From: Nemertoderma westbladi | Taxonomy: Eukaryota; Animalia; Xenacoelomorpha | DNA length: 32,987 nucleotides | Direction: 5' to 3' | NCBI GenBank assembly: GCA_032718475.1 | Contig: JAUCBJ010006251.1 | Location: forward strand, 1-32,987 | Shown: positions 1 to 12,157 of the stretch, one piece after another | How positions within the stretch are numbered: position 1 is the first letter of the stretch | How the letters are laid out: each line of letters starts with the position of its first letter | Notes under the pieces: model-generated | Told to the model about the DNA's origin: nothing | The model's database searches: none | The model's input: the letters and a program-made list of their open reading frames with translations, nothing else | Position numbers and translations under genes: made by a program

Positions 1-467
1 TAGTAATCGATATCAAGGCAAACCTTATAAGATAGAATATGTTGTCTATGTAAGTCGGGTGAAATTGAAGACGAAAGTCATTTTTTGTATGAATGTGACG
101 CCCTAGATATGAGTCTCTTCCCACAAGATTTTTATAATGTTGAGACCATAGCCAGAAGTTGAAATGTTTAATGTGTAGTGAGTAGTGACCAAGTAAATAG
201 TGCACGCGGCTGTTAAGCGGGTTTTGTACATTTGTAGGTGCGAAATAATAAATGGAAGAATTTAATTTGACTTGTATCTATAGGAGTTCGCTTGACCTAG
301 TAGTAGTAGTAGTATCTATAGGATTAATTTGTGATTTAAATTGGTTAATTTTGTATTATTTGGTATTTATGTTTATCCGTATATTATTTGATGTCTTATA
401 CTGTAAGCCATTGTTGGTTGGGGGCCGCTGTGACCAAGACATTATAAATAACCTATTCATTCATTCA
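1..467 (+). mobile_element. Decayed 3' end of a non-LTR retrotransposon (LINE ORF2 C-terminal zinc-finger region plus 3' tail)
   Basis: 31-111 translates DRICCLCKSGEIEDESHFLYECDALDM, matching the C-x2-C...EDE-x-HF-x3-C motif at the C-terminus of many LINE ORF2 proteins. The upstream SNRYQGKPY is in another frame (frameshift). Ends in a short (TTCA)n tail at ~456-467. Confidence 0.6.
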
Positions 468-519
468 GTAATATGTTGATTGATTTGCTTTAATTAGGAA
501 TATTGCCTTTCCCTCCCAG

Positions 520-579
520 ACGCCAGACCCAGTAGCCTTCGAGATAGATGTTGTGACGGAAACGGCAGCGTTCCTTAAG
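520..579 (+). CDS. Candidate internal coding exon of an unidentified host gene (TPDPVAFEIDVVTETAAFLK if phase 0)
   Basis: Pyrimidine tract plus acceptor (cctttccctcccAG at 518-519), 60-nt GC-richer open frame, strong donor AAG|GTAAGG at 580. Protein not recognised. Confidence 0.5.
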
Positions 580-1722
580 GTAAGGGGATCCCGCACCCTG
601 ATCGTCACTCACATGAGCTGTGATCCCGCGGTTACCATCCAACTCCTTATTTTATGTTTTATTTACTGGTCCGGTAGTGTTTATAATTTTGCTTTGTTTA
701 TTAACTTTACCCTACAGTAGTAGTAGTTTTAGTAGTTTATTGACATCATTATTTTTATAGTTAAATGCACTCAACTGTTTACAGTTAAATCAGTTATTTA
801 ATAATTTTTATATATCCATTAATGATACCATGTTCGCATAGCTTAATATATAAAAATGAAATAAAAGAAAAACATAAACACAAGCAGTAAAAACGGATAA
901 GAGATAACAAAAATGGGGATCATTTTATAAATTTTTTTACAATTTTGAAAGTATAAGAGTTTCGAGGTCTCGGATCACGATAACACTAACGAAAAACGTT
1001 AGTTATAAAAAACGAAAAAATATTTTCTGGCATTCCAAACATCATTTTTGGTACTACAGTATTCTGATCCCTAAAGACGAAAATATATATAAGTACAACA
1101 AATTTTAAACTAAGAAATGTTTTGTTTTGATTGATGATTTTGAAGGTTTAAGGGTTTTCTCGGTCACATATCACGATGAGACTAGTTGAAAATATTTTTG
1201 GCAATGTATCCATATATGTGGGGCTATTCTGGTGCCCCAGGATGAAAATGAAAAGTAGACCTACAAGTTAAAAATGTTTCAAACTGTTTAAAAAAAAAAA
1301 GTTTTGCCTTTGATTGGGTAATTCTGAAGCTACACTGGTTTTCAAGGTCGCTGATACAACTCGTTAAAATTATTCATGGTATCCAAATTATCGTATTTGG
1401 TGTCGTATCTGCTGGGACAAAAATATAAGTTTTTAGCATACAATTTCAAACCGCCAAAAAATTGAATTTTGTTGGAGAATTCTGAAGGGGTTTTTCGAGG
1501 TTGCTGATGAAAATGGAATTTGTTAAAAATCTTTAATGGAAGTGTAACCATCAAATTTATTATCAATTTATGTACTTATATTTTCCGTGCCAGATGATGG
1601 ACACATCTAAAAATTGCCATAATCAATAATGATATATTTCAGTGTCAGATTCGGGACCTGTATCCCAGAAAACCCATAAGGTAATAAAATCAGGTTGATA
1701 TTGTGGTGATTTCTATGGTACT

Positions 1723-2416
1723 CCTGAGCGGACAGCTTTGTAATCATTTTTTTGTTTCCCCGACTTTTGCAAACTCGTTACAAAACTAGGTGAAGCAAAT
1801 CTAATTGCCTGGAGTGGTTTCTATAACAACAATCATACAATCAAGTTTGTTTCCATAATTTAGGGATCAGATTGGGGCTGCCTCCTTGACAACCTTAATC
1901 GAATCGGTATATAAATTATTAAAATAAGTACGTGCGTGTGCCCTAGTCACCGTATGATGCATAGTTGCAGATAAGGAAACAGTTATAGACCTTAGTCAGG
2001 CTATTGAATAAGAACTGTAGTTCGAAATATAAGCCGAATCTACACTTTTTGTCACTGATCGGTCTATAACTGTTTCCTTATCTGCGACTATAAATTATTA
2101 AAGTGCGAACTTTAAAAAGATTTGACGTGTGTAAGCCTACAGTGCAGTCGTAGGCGTATTATATGTACTGTAGTTTTGAGTTGTACACAGGACAGGCATT
2201 TGAGTTGTCCTTAAATATTATTAAAATGGATACCTGTATACCTTAAAATGCCTCAAACTAGTCTTCCTTATAATTTCTCTGATTTTTAACTTCTTTGGTT
2301 GAATGCTTGTTGGTATAGAAACCACTCTAGCCAATTAGATTTGTTTCTCCGACTCGTTTGAACGAGACTGCAAAAGTCGGGGAAACAAAAAAAGATTACA
2401 AAACTGGCCGCTCAGG
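1723..2416. mobile_element. Degenerate long inverted repeat, probably the core of an old non-autonomous/foldback DNA transposon (may extend ~900-2700)
   Basis: 1723-~1845 (cctgagcggacagctttgtaatc...tttccccgacttttgca...gagtggtttctata) is an imperfect reverse complement of ~2294-2416 (tatagaaaccactc...tgcaaaagtcggggaaa...gattacaaaactggccgctcagg). Confidence 0.55.
1961..2091. mobile_element. MITE (~130 bp) nested between the arms of the larger inverted repeat
   Basis: ~31-bp terminal inverted repeats atagttgcagataaggaaacagttatagacc / ggtctataactgtttccttatctgcgactat with one mismatch. Confidence 0.7.
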
Positions 2417-2937
2417 GCCAGCGCTTAGTTTTTCCATCATCATATTGGCACTATTTGTTTTTTAGTGTTCCAGGGGGCACATTCAAATTACAAAAATGTT
2501 CTCGAATGCTACATATTTTTCGAATTTTTGAGTTCTATAATCGTGACGTGAAGTGATCTGATCAGCATCCAAAAAACCTCTAAATACCGCAAGTTTATTT
2601 ATTTTTGCGAACCTCAAAACCTTTTGGATATTTCTGCACGAAAAATGTTGGAGATGGGTGCCAGACCAGAATGGGATACGTGTCATATCCCATCCATAAC
2701 CTTATAAGGCGAAAAGCTAAAATGCGAAATAATACAATTAAAATATTTAGCCATTATCAAGGGATATTTTTTAATGTACAGTAGAATTCAGAGTGCAGTC
2801 AATTCGTCTGTCTTTCCTGTTCGTTGGAAATTTGGTGACTTATTTTATCGTTCACATTCGTATTCCTTACATTTTTAAGGGCGCCAATCTGGGCGCCCAA
2901 TAAAAATTCAGAAAACATAGTGCCTAACTCAGTAACT

Positions 2938-3023
2938 GTAGGTCCTGTAGCGTTGTCCCGTAACTTTAGGTCCTGGCGCATTAGGTCCTGTAGCTTTAGA
3001 TTCTGTAGCTTTAGGTCCTGGCG
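2938..3023. mobile_element. Left part of a small foldback/MITE built from ~16-17-bp ttaggtcctggcgca-type subrepeats; interrupted by the LTR element
   Basis: Tandem taggtcctg(gcgca/tagc) units continue after the LTR element at 12158-12192 and reappear inverted at ~12330-12431. Confidence 0.6.
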
Positions 3024-4138
3024 TGTAAAAGCTTTTGCGGACATAACGAGTCATTTTTCCCCGCAATGCACGGTGTAGGTGCTTTAGCGGACATAACAAG
3101 TCATTTTTGCCGCAATGCGCACAGTACTCTAAAAGATTGGAGCTCAGATGACGAAATCTGTCAGCTGGTTTCCTGTAAACGTGGAACCTCTTTGTTCTGC
3201 TCAGCCAATCAGAGCGATTTTCACTTTATTTCTGACAGAGGCCTACGGAAAACCGCGCAATGCATTACGGTCTTTGTTTACCTTTCTGAGCCAGAAAACC
3301 GGCTTGGAAATTCTTCTGTACTTCTGTGTGGAAGTTTCAGACTTTGACCTAAACATCAGAAACATCAGATAGCTTTGATTACAAGAACGTAAAACTATTA
3401 ACGCAATTCAACCGCGAATCACATATTGAACACTGCTGCACATGGAATACTGCATAAGTAACACATACTGACTGTTCACCGCATTATTTACTTCTGTTAT
3501 TAATTGGTGTTATGTTAATTGTATATTGCTGATATATTTGGAGAATACCGATGAATAATCATAAAACCCCACAATCTTCTTTATTACTGAAGGTTAGAGG
3601 AACAGGTTTACCGGTAGCAACTGCGACTTACATTATAGTGGTTTTTTGTGTGAATTAAATGCTATTTCATAACCCCTACATGTGTCAGTTGCGATCCTCC
3701 TTATATATGATCAAATTCAGTGACGGTCGGCAGATCAGTGTGAAGTAGTGTGAAGGTTAATAAAGCATCTCCTAAAGAATGCGCTTTTTACGAAACTCAG
3801 TAGCCATCTAGTTGTGATTAGTATAAGTCATAACTCTGTTTTTATACTTAAAGCGCCACGTCCTAAAGGAACTGTTAATATTTCCCCGAAAGTAAATATA
3901 TTGTCAGAGATTATATATTAACGATCAATCGAATAAAACAGTAGGTCTACACCGCAATCACTATCAAAGCATCCGAATCCAGTCTCCCTTAACTGTGGGT
4001 GAATGGTCGCGCACAGACTGGCTTCGGCAGATGTAACTTCAGTACATTAAATAATTGATCTAGGCTAAAGTCGATTTATAAACAAAAAGACAACTAAAAT
4101 TGGAAGGTTAAACTGCTAAAAGTCTAAAAGCGCGAACA
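3024..4138 (+). repeat. 5' LTR (1115 bp, TG...CA)
   Basis: 5' boundary set by the TSD plus TG; 3' boundary where identity with the 3' copy ends (cgcgaaCA). Imperfect ~50-bp tandem duplication at 3024-3122; AATAAA at 3932-3937. Confidence 0.8.
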
Positions 4139-4272
4139 TTAATAGTTTTTATTCTTGATTGCACGTAGGCAATAAATTCGAATGTACCGGTCGGACGGTA
4201 AACTGTAGGCCTAACTGCCCAACCACCCGAACCAGTACTTACCGGTACTAGTATTATTTCGATTGTGATATA

Positions 4273-6181
4273 CAGTCGGGGTCTCAAAGTGCATCTGTTC
4301 TTTGAGATTTTCTCAAAGTTTTTCTAAAAGTGTCTAAAAGTCATTACATTACTCCCAACGGCCGCTTTGAATTCTTGTAGACACTTTTAGTTGGGAATCT
4401 CAAAGTGATTTCCTGCTTTTAGGCACTTTGAATTCTTTTAATTCTTTGAGAAATGTCACTTTTAGGTAGTTAGCGGCACTTTGAATTCTTTGAGAAAATA
4501 AACTCCGAGGTATTCGTGATTGACAGCTCTCGTGGTAAGTTAACTGAGAGGCAGAAGCATTCTCGGGGAACCATGTCATGCGGGCAACAAGTGATACTTG
4601 TGGGCCGGCCAGTTATTGCCTAGAAGCTATTCCCATTAATTTATCACATTGAGGTTCCTGGGGTGATTATGGGATGGGTTTTCGGTCGCAAGTACAAATT
4701 GAATTTACGGCGCCCTTTGACAAGCATTCTACGCCCCTCCCCCTCCCCCCACCCTCCCTCCCCTTCTATTTGGAAATAAAGACCTTTTATAAAAGTCTAT
4801 CTAAAAAACATATAAACAAAATCAAATAATACATGAAACATAATTAGTGAAACAAGATTAATGCTTGACAAGATTGATTATTTTAATAACATAATACAAT
4901 ATCAGATTAATATCAGATACAATATCAGAAACTGCACTGTAGTTTCTCTGTGTACGCAGTTTCATTACAATGACCTGAAGAAGCCCTGTTGGGAGAAAGC
5001 AATAGTAATAACTTTTGTCATTCATTTCATTAGTCACCTGAGGTCAAACCATACTACCTTAACTGTTTAATTACAGTTTAACTACGGTGACGAGAGCGCG
5101 AGAATTCCTTCTTAAAAACGAAGAAAGGCTTTCAAGTTTCAAGAACGATAGAATAGAACGGCTACACTCTTGTGTTGTTTTAACTTAATAGAGATATTAA
5201 AATATCCCCTGCCGCTGGCGTTTATATTTGAGCATATTTTAAATGTTTGCCTGATATTCAATTGATGTGTACCGCCTTCTGACAAAGCGGCACCCAGTTT
5301 AAGCTATCAATCACAGCTAGCGAGTAGCGACCCACGGACGGTGACCTTCAAACAAACAGGTGCAGGCAGAGCCAGAAAGAACTGTCGTAGGCTTTACTTG
5401 GCTTGTGGTACCATTTGATTACATAATAGATTTTGGCAGACTGGGCGGTCGCTCTGACAATATGCATTGCGCATGCGCACCAACAATGCCTAAAACATCT
5501 ATGGGAACAGCCAATTAGTGCGCTCGAATCATTTCTCTTTATTCCTGCCTCTATATTTATTCTTTACTTTTTTGTATAACACAATTTACAGTGCGGCATA
5601 GAAGGGCTGGTTGACAATTGAAATGCATTGGTAAAGGAATTCGGCGTTCACATTCCTAAGGCCCTGTGGGCTAAACAAATTTAAACAGTACTATACATTA
5701 ATATAGATATGGCAACAGACAAACTGTCTAAGACACAAATACCAACACATTCCGATAGCCCCCAATTATGGCGTCTCGAAAGAGTCAAAATATTAATTAA
5801 TAAAACCTCTCTGAAACAATAAAAATACCTACAAAAAAATACTGCAGTAATAAATATTAGTTACTGCAGTAACATATAATAATTACTGCAGTAACAAATA
5901 TTTATTACTGCAGTAACAAATATTTATTACTGCAGTATTTTTTGGAGGCATATTTATTGTTTTATAGAGGTTTTTATTACTTATATTTTACCCTTTAGTC
6001 AAAGTCAATATACCCCATACCATTGCCAGTTTCAGGCAGGACTGTATGGAATGACTGACAGTACTACTTTGAAATCTTTGAGGACACTTTGTCATTTTCT
6101 TGGACCACTTTTAGAACTTTGAGACACTTTTAGTTCTTTGAGAAAATCTCAAAGAACAGATGCACTTTGAGACCCCGACTG
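4273..6181. mobile_element. Non-autonomous TIR DNA transposon, Tc1/mariner-like (1909 bp), inserted in the LTR element leader
   Basis: Perfect 46-bp TIR cagtcggggtctcaaagtgcatctgttctttgagattttctcaaag at 4273-4318 and its reverse complement ending at 6181. TA on both sides (4271-4272, 6182-6183). Repeated cactttga/ctcaaagtg subterminal motifs; no transposase ORF. Confidence 0.85.
5780..5996. mobile_element. Palindromic MITE-like element with internal ~23-bp ttactgcagtaacaaatattta repeats
   Basis: Left arm aataaaacctct...aaacaataaa...aaaaaatactgcagtaataaatatt pairs with right arm aatatttattactgcagtatttttt...tttattgttt...agaggtttttatt. Confidence 0.65.
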
Positions 6182-7535
6182 TATTGTATATTGGTAGGCT
6201 GTTTAAGAGATTAGGGACTGTACACCCCTTGTTTCTTTTGGAGCTTATTTATTTCTGTCAGTAATATTTATCTGTAAGTGTAATATTGAGCAGAAGGCGT
6301 GTAAGCCTGCTCAGATTGTATAAATAATTTGTAGGCTGGATTGTTGTCTGGCTGTTGTTAGGTCTGAAGCGATTGCAGCGTGTGTAGAGTGTATGTCCGA
6401 TAAAGGACTAGTTAGGAAGGTGGGGGCATCCAGTGTTGTAAGGTAAATCCCCCCCGAAAGAATAAGTCGTACTACTCGGTTAGAATGCATACTAACTAAC
6501 CATTTCGGAGTCTGCATATACTGTAGTTTATTTAGGCTTGCCAGTAGTCTGCCAGCATTTGGTCTGTATTTTGTTTGAATAGTCTGCACGGGTAGCGTAA
6601 TATTTATTATTCAGAGTCTATGCGAGTATTCGCAACCACCAACCCCCCAAATTTATTCCTACAGTAATTGTGCTTGTTATACATACCGTTATAGTTAAAT
6701 TAACCCCGGTACTACATCAGGGCTGCTTGGCGTAGGTAAAGACTGGTGATTTTGTGCTCCGGTCACTCCAGCAGATACCGTGGTTCTTTTGGCTGTTCAA
6801 GTATATTTAACTGCTGGTTATTTGTTGTAAGTACTTGTACCTAATTTAGGGTTTAGCGTACAGTGCTTTCCGAAAGTAATTAGTATGTAGGCAGTATATT
6901 TGTGTTGTAAAGTGGTTAATAGGCACGTTAGCTCTGGTTGGCTGCGGTAATTAACTTCTAGGTAAGGACACTCCGGGTACATAACGTAGTACTTATAGTT
7001 TAAGACTATAAGTCGTCAGACGGTGGTATTTTCTTATCTGGACAACACAATTTATTTACTACTGCTATATTGTTTTCAAATACCGTAGTATCCTGTCTGT
7101 TTGTAAGAACCAGAAATTCTAACTCCTTGTTAGACTGGTTTGTAGATTTCTTGTAAAATTACCCTAAAAAATTTGTATGTGTAACTTTTAGTAGTGTTTA
7201 TTTAGAGATTGTAATCTCAAACTGTATGTAAGTAATTTGTAGTGATAAGTAACTTAGTAAAGTATAATTATTTGTTTTAGTGTCTAACAGATAGCACTCC
7301 ACTGAGAGCGTTCAGCTTCTGTGTAGTGACCCCCTTACCAGAAATAATAACAATTATTTCAAACATTGACAAAACTATATATTATAAATCAACTCAAACC
7401 GATTTATAAAATAGTAGGCCTGTTATACATCTATTAGGTCTTAATATCAGTTGGGCTACTGCTTAATAACAGTAATAAAGTAAAGAGAAGTAACCCTAAA
7501 ATTCAGAAATACAGTTATTATAAAATAATTGACAT

Positions 7536-7778
7536 TACCGGTATTCACAGTAGGCTTATATATATTTATATAAATTTAGGCTGAAATTATATACCGGTAT
7601 TCTGTGACTAATCCTAGTCTATAATAATACTTATATATACTATAAGTGTATACCGGTATTCACAGTAGGCTTATTATATATATTTATATAAATTTAGGCT
7701 GAAATTATATACCGGTATTCTGTGACTAATTCTAGTCTGTAATAATTCTTATATATACTATAAGTATACCGGTATTCT
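7536..7778. repeat. Tandem duplication of ~115 bp (each copy has two TACCGGTATTC-initiated subunits) upstream of gag
   Basis: Copies start at 7536 and 7651, with a partial third at 7767. Confidence 0.85.
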
Positions 7779-7911
7779 AATATATTATATATATCACGTT
7801 ACATAGAGTAACGGTATCGGTAATTAATTACTAGGCTTACAGTTGATACTGAATTACTAGACTTACTTTAACTGTCATTATAGTAGTAGGCATTCAACTG
7901 TAAAATCAAAC

Positions 7912-10900
7912 ATGGCTGACACAAAGCAAACACTATCAGATAGTCTACTAGAAAGAACAGTCTGTGACTCGGATAGGAGTATAGAAAATCTGAGACCGAA
8001 GTCCAAGTCCCCTCCTACTGTAAGAAAGGTCATCCCTACAGTGGTAGTATCAGACCCTAGGCTAGTAAAGCACCATCGGTCTATCATAGGCACTAGGGCT
8101 CAAGTCAAGCGGGACCAAGAGGCAGCTGTTAAACAGCAGCCGCACCCTAACCGCGAACTTATTTCTCAGTGGCCCGATAACTCCAGTAGTTCAGACACTG
8201 TAGAGTTGACACCCGAGATTGGAGCAAGGATGACAGAAGCGGTTTATCCAGATCCACTTCTAATTCTTCCTGGAGCCGTACTCACTAGAGTATTGATTGC
8301 GGTGAAAGAACATCAAATAGATTGGGCGAGAGGTAAGCGATCGACCAAGGACAGTTATGCGGGATACACGATGGAGGAACTGAAGTCTATTGTCGAGACG
8401 CAATGGAACTTCCCCGGACCCGGACTCCCGTTTAACTTATCGGAAGCTGCCTGGGAGGACTTATACAGGATGGGAGTAGTAAGAGACACTCGAGATCCAG
8501 CTGTGTGGAAGAGGTCGGCAGCAGGATATGTCCAGGGATTCTTCAACTCTTTGGAGCGATTAGATGAACACCTGTTTCAATAACGACAAGGACCTCAAGA
8601 GCAGGGAGAGCTGCTTTATCAAGTGCGAGAACGAATTTTACGGATCAGACTAATACTTTCAGCCTTTGAGGAAGCCTCGAAGAGAAGCCAAGACACGTCG
8701 TTGCAAGTCGCCGTAAAGACTTGGTTCCAACGGGTGAGTCTTAAAGTCCAAGGAACGACACAATGGAAAGCTCAGCTAACCGAGAGCATGAGCCACGGAG
8801 AATCAACAGACGCTACCTTTTCTCGGGTGGAAAGCGAAGTTACATCTGAAAAACCTCAGAAGAAGGATGCTATTGACATCTATCTGTCAGACTATCAACA
8901 ATTCATAGGTGACAAAGAGCTAAGGAGACGGCTAGCTGGTCTTCACCCTAATAGTGAAGGGGCCAAATTTGTGTTGGACTCGTTAGATGCGGAAATATTA
9001 GCCGCTGAGCAGGCTAAATTTGATGAAAGCATCCTCATCGCTATGGAACAGGAAGAACAACTAAAGAAAAAACAAATAGAAGACAGAAAGGCAGCGGCAG
9101 CGGCAGAAGCTGAAAGAAAAGCGGCAGCGGCAGCGGCAGAAGCTGACAGAAAGGCAGCAGCGGCAGCGGCAGAAGCTGAAAGAAAAGCAGCAGTGGCAGT
9201 GGCAGAAGCTGAAAGAAAGGCAGCAGAGGCAGTGGTAGAAGCAGAACGGAAGGCATCTGAAGAGACAGCCCAACTAGAGTTGGAAAATCTTCAAGTGAAG
9301 CAAGATTACTTAAATAAACAGAGAACAGCTACTCAGATGCAGCTGCTAAGTCGATCTACTCCCAGGAGACAAGGATTTACATCCTCTGATGAAGGCGATA
9401 CAACTGATCCTGAAGGTAGAGGAAATAAATCTCGTTCCAGCGGACGTAGAAGGGTGCTGCACCGGCAGAAATTGCCTAATTTGCCCCCAGCTGTAAGAAG
9501 ACAACTAGCTAGTGTAGATTTAAGTAACCCTGAGCCTACAGACCAAATTATTAGAGTAGAAAGACTCCCTACTATAGTAGATGAGCCTGAAATAATTAGG
9601 CCTGTTCTCGGAGCCACTAACTCTGTGATAGAGACCCCTGTACTTCCAGAACCTAACTCTAAATTCCCTTTGCACAGTACTAAACTACATGTGCCCAGTA
9701 GAATAGCCCCTGAATCAATCCCAGTCCTGGACGCCGGGCAAGACATCAACGATTTGTCGCCCGTCGTCCCTTGTCTACCCGCTACTATGTTGGTGGCTCC
9801 CGCTTCGGCAGTAGAGTGGGTGGATGAGGGACGGCGGGAGATGGGTCTCCTGCTCGGGCAGCTGAGGGAACAACGTATCTGTTCCTCCCAGCAGGTCCGG
9901 GAGTTGGAAGGGACTGTTCCGCAGTTAAAGGGAACAGTAAGAGAGGGTAGGTTAGAGTTGCAAGAAGTGCAGCAGAGTATCGCGTTAGAACGTGACAAAT
10001 TAGTAAATATACAAAAGGGTATACCACCACCCCCTGTAACAATGTGTCAACCTGTTAGGTCTGAAGTATTTCATGCGCAAGGTGTGGAGCCTACACGCAT
10101 CTATACTGCTAGTGAAGTAGAAACTCCTATAGTAAACCCTATTAAGGGTAATTATAAACCTGTTGATAATGATATTCCATATAGACCTGATCATAATCCG
10201 AGAAATTTATATACCGATAACTCGATATTAAATAATACGATGGCCCAAGAAAGTTTTTATGCGTCAAATGGCTAGAACCGAAGCCCGTCAAGCGGTAAAG
10301 GTGGGAGAGATAGTCAAGTTCAATGGAGATGAGATGAAATGGTTACCTTTTAATGAATATTATAAGGATAACATAAAGAACTCTGTATTATCTAACAGAT
10401 AGAAACTTAGATTCCTCATCGAGTGCTTGGAAGGACCTCCCAAGTTAATGGCGTTAAAGTTTATTGGACATCCAGATGGATTAAGACAAGTTTGGGATAC
10501 ACTAAACATCAGGTATGGTAATAGGACTAACATAGCTAGGTATTTGTATGCGAAATTAGTAGCGCCCCGATTATTGGTTAGGTAAGTCTCATGAATATCA
10601 GAGTTCCATGGTTGTTGGAGCCGTAGCATCTACTTTGCCAAAGGGTGGAATAGGTACTCGTTGGGACAAAAGAGTTCTCTATATGATGGACCAGCAACAA
10701 AGAGACCCTACCATGGCTGATCTCATGTCATTCTTAAATGGAGAGGTAAGATTACAGCTCCTAAAGCAGTCCCGAGAGAAGACACCGGAAAACAAGGTGA
10801 GTGAAAAACCCGTTTCTAAGAGAAAGGTAACACCAGTGTGTTTTACAGACAACGGCGAAAGCCAGTCCTCCCACGAGGAGAACAGCGGGAAAGACACCGA

Positions 10901-11870
10901 AAGATCTTATTACGTCAACAAAACCCGTAAAGACGTAAGTAAATCTAAGTCTCGAACCAGTGACAGGAGAGAACAGGTAACACCAACTCCTCCCACGTCT
11001 CCTAAGAGAATTCATGGAAGAAAACCCGAGGAAAGAACAAGTGTGCACAACACCACACAGAGTAAAGTAAGTAACATCAAACCCAAATGTGCATTGTGCG
11101 ACGGGCCCCATCGTTTGAGTGGATGTGATGAATCCTTGAAGAAGTCCCTAAAGGATAGACGTGATGTCATGTGGGATAAGCGGTTGTGTTATAATTGTCT
11201 CAGACAAGGACATCAACGGCGGACCTGTTACTCCGATGCGAGGTGTGCTAAGTGCGGTGCGAAACATCATATCTTGCTGCACACAGAATTCAAAAGAACC
11301 CGCACGAGTCAGGTAAGTGAGCCCGAACTACATGTCCAATTCAGTGATGTGAACGACACTGACCACAGCTCTGAGATGGAAGGATTCTACACGGACGAAT
11401 TCTCCAACGAAAACGAATCCTGTTATATGATAAACACCGCGGTGTATCGAGCGCTTACGTATGAGACTGACACCGATAATGAAGCGCAACAGACTATTCC
11501 GGACTGGCAACCATCTTGGAAAGCGCCAACTTCCAACGTCGGAATCCGGGAATTCCCAGTGGTGCAGCTGAGAGTCCATGGGCTAGGTAAGAGTTTTATA
11601 GCAAACGCCCTCCTTGACTCCGGCAGCACAGGTACATTCATCGACAAAGAACTAGCCGAAGACATCTTTGCTGGACAACCCAAGTTCCGAACTAAGTTGA
11701 ACCTTTCAGGAATTATGCAGGTTTGGAAATCCACAGTGGCTACAGACTACTATGTAGGCGCGTTGTCCACTCCCCAGGATGAACTAGGAGAACATAGCAT
11801 AAGGTCAGTAAAAATGGTGGCGATAAAGAACTTTGCTACCAGCCAAGTGGAACTCTGTTTTTATACTTAA
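7912..11870 (+). pseudogene. Disrupted BEL/Pao gag-protease polyprotein
   Basis: ORFs 7912-8583 and 8623-10275 share a frame, separated by one TAA. After a frameshift, 10268-~10585 reads ...EIVKFNGDEMKWLPFNEYY...NR*KLRFLIECLEGPP...WDTLNIRYGN (DUF1759-like, internal stop). 10608-11870 has CALCDGPH...CYNCLRQGH...CAKCGAKHHILLH and ALLDSGSTGTFI, then runs into the 3' LTR. Confidence 0.88.
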
Positions 11871-12157
11871 AGCGCCACGTCCTAAAGGAACTGTTAATAT
11901 TTCCCCGAAAGTAAATATATTGTCAGAGATTATATATTATCGATCAATCGAATAATACAGTAGGTCTACACCGCAATCACTATCAAAGCATCCGAATCCA
12001 GTCTCCCTTAACTGTGGGTGAATGGTCGCGCACAGACTGGCTTCGGCGGATGTAACTTCAGTACATTAAATAATTGATCTAGGCTAAAGTCGATTTATAA
12101 ACAAAAAGACAACTAAAATTGGCAGGTTAAACTGCTAAAAGTCTAAAAGCGCGAACA
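11851..12157 (+). repeat. Truncated 3' LTR (last 307 bp only)
   Basis: Matches 3832-4138 with 4 substitutions counted by eye; followed by TSD TGGCG. Confidence 0.9.

Larger units (their letters stand above)
3024..12157 (+). mobile_element. BEL/Pao LTR retrotransposon, non-autonomous (RT, RNase H and integrase missing)
   Basis: Starts TGTAAAA at 3024 and ends GCGAACA at 12157, with a 5-bp direct repeat TGGCG at 3019-3023 and 12158-12162. 307-bp direct repeat 3832-4138 / 11851-12157. Internal gag with DUF1759-like region, triple Cys/His cluster and a DSG protease motif typical of BEL/Pao. Confidence 0.9.

Noticed and set aside
5467-5478. TGCGCATGCGCA (NRF1-like site)
   Set aside because: Lies inside a nested transposon far from any host gene start; no support for function.
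7912-8622. Separate gene or programmed stop read-through at 8581-8583
   Set aside because: Same frame as the downstream gag ORF, and the element has other stops and frameshifts, so simple decay is the more economical explanation.
9041-11734. Several antisense ORFs over gag
   Set aside because: Shadows of the + strand retroelement ORF and its Ala repeat; no recognisable motifs.
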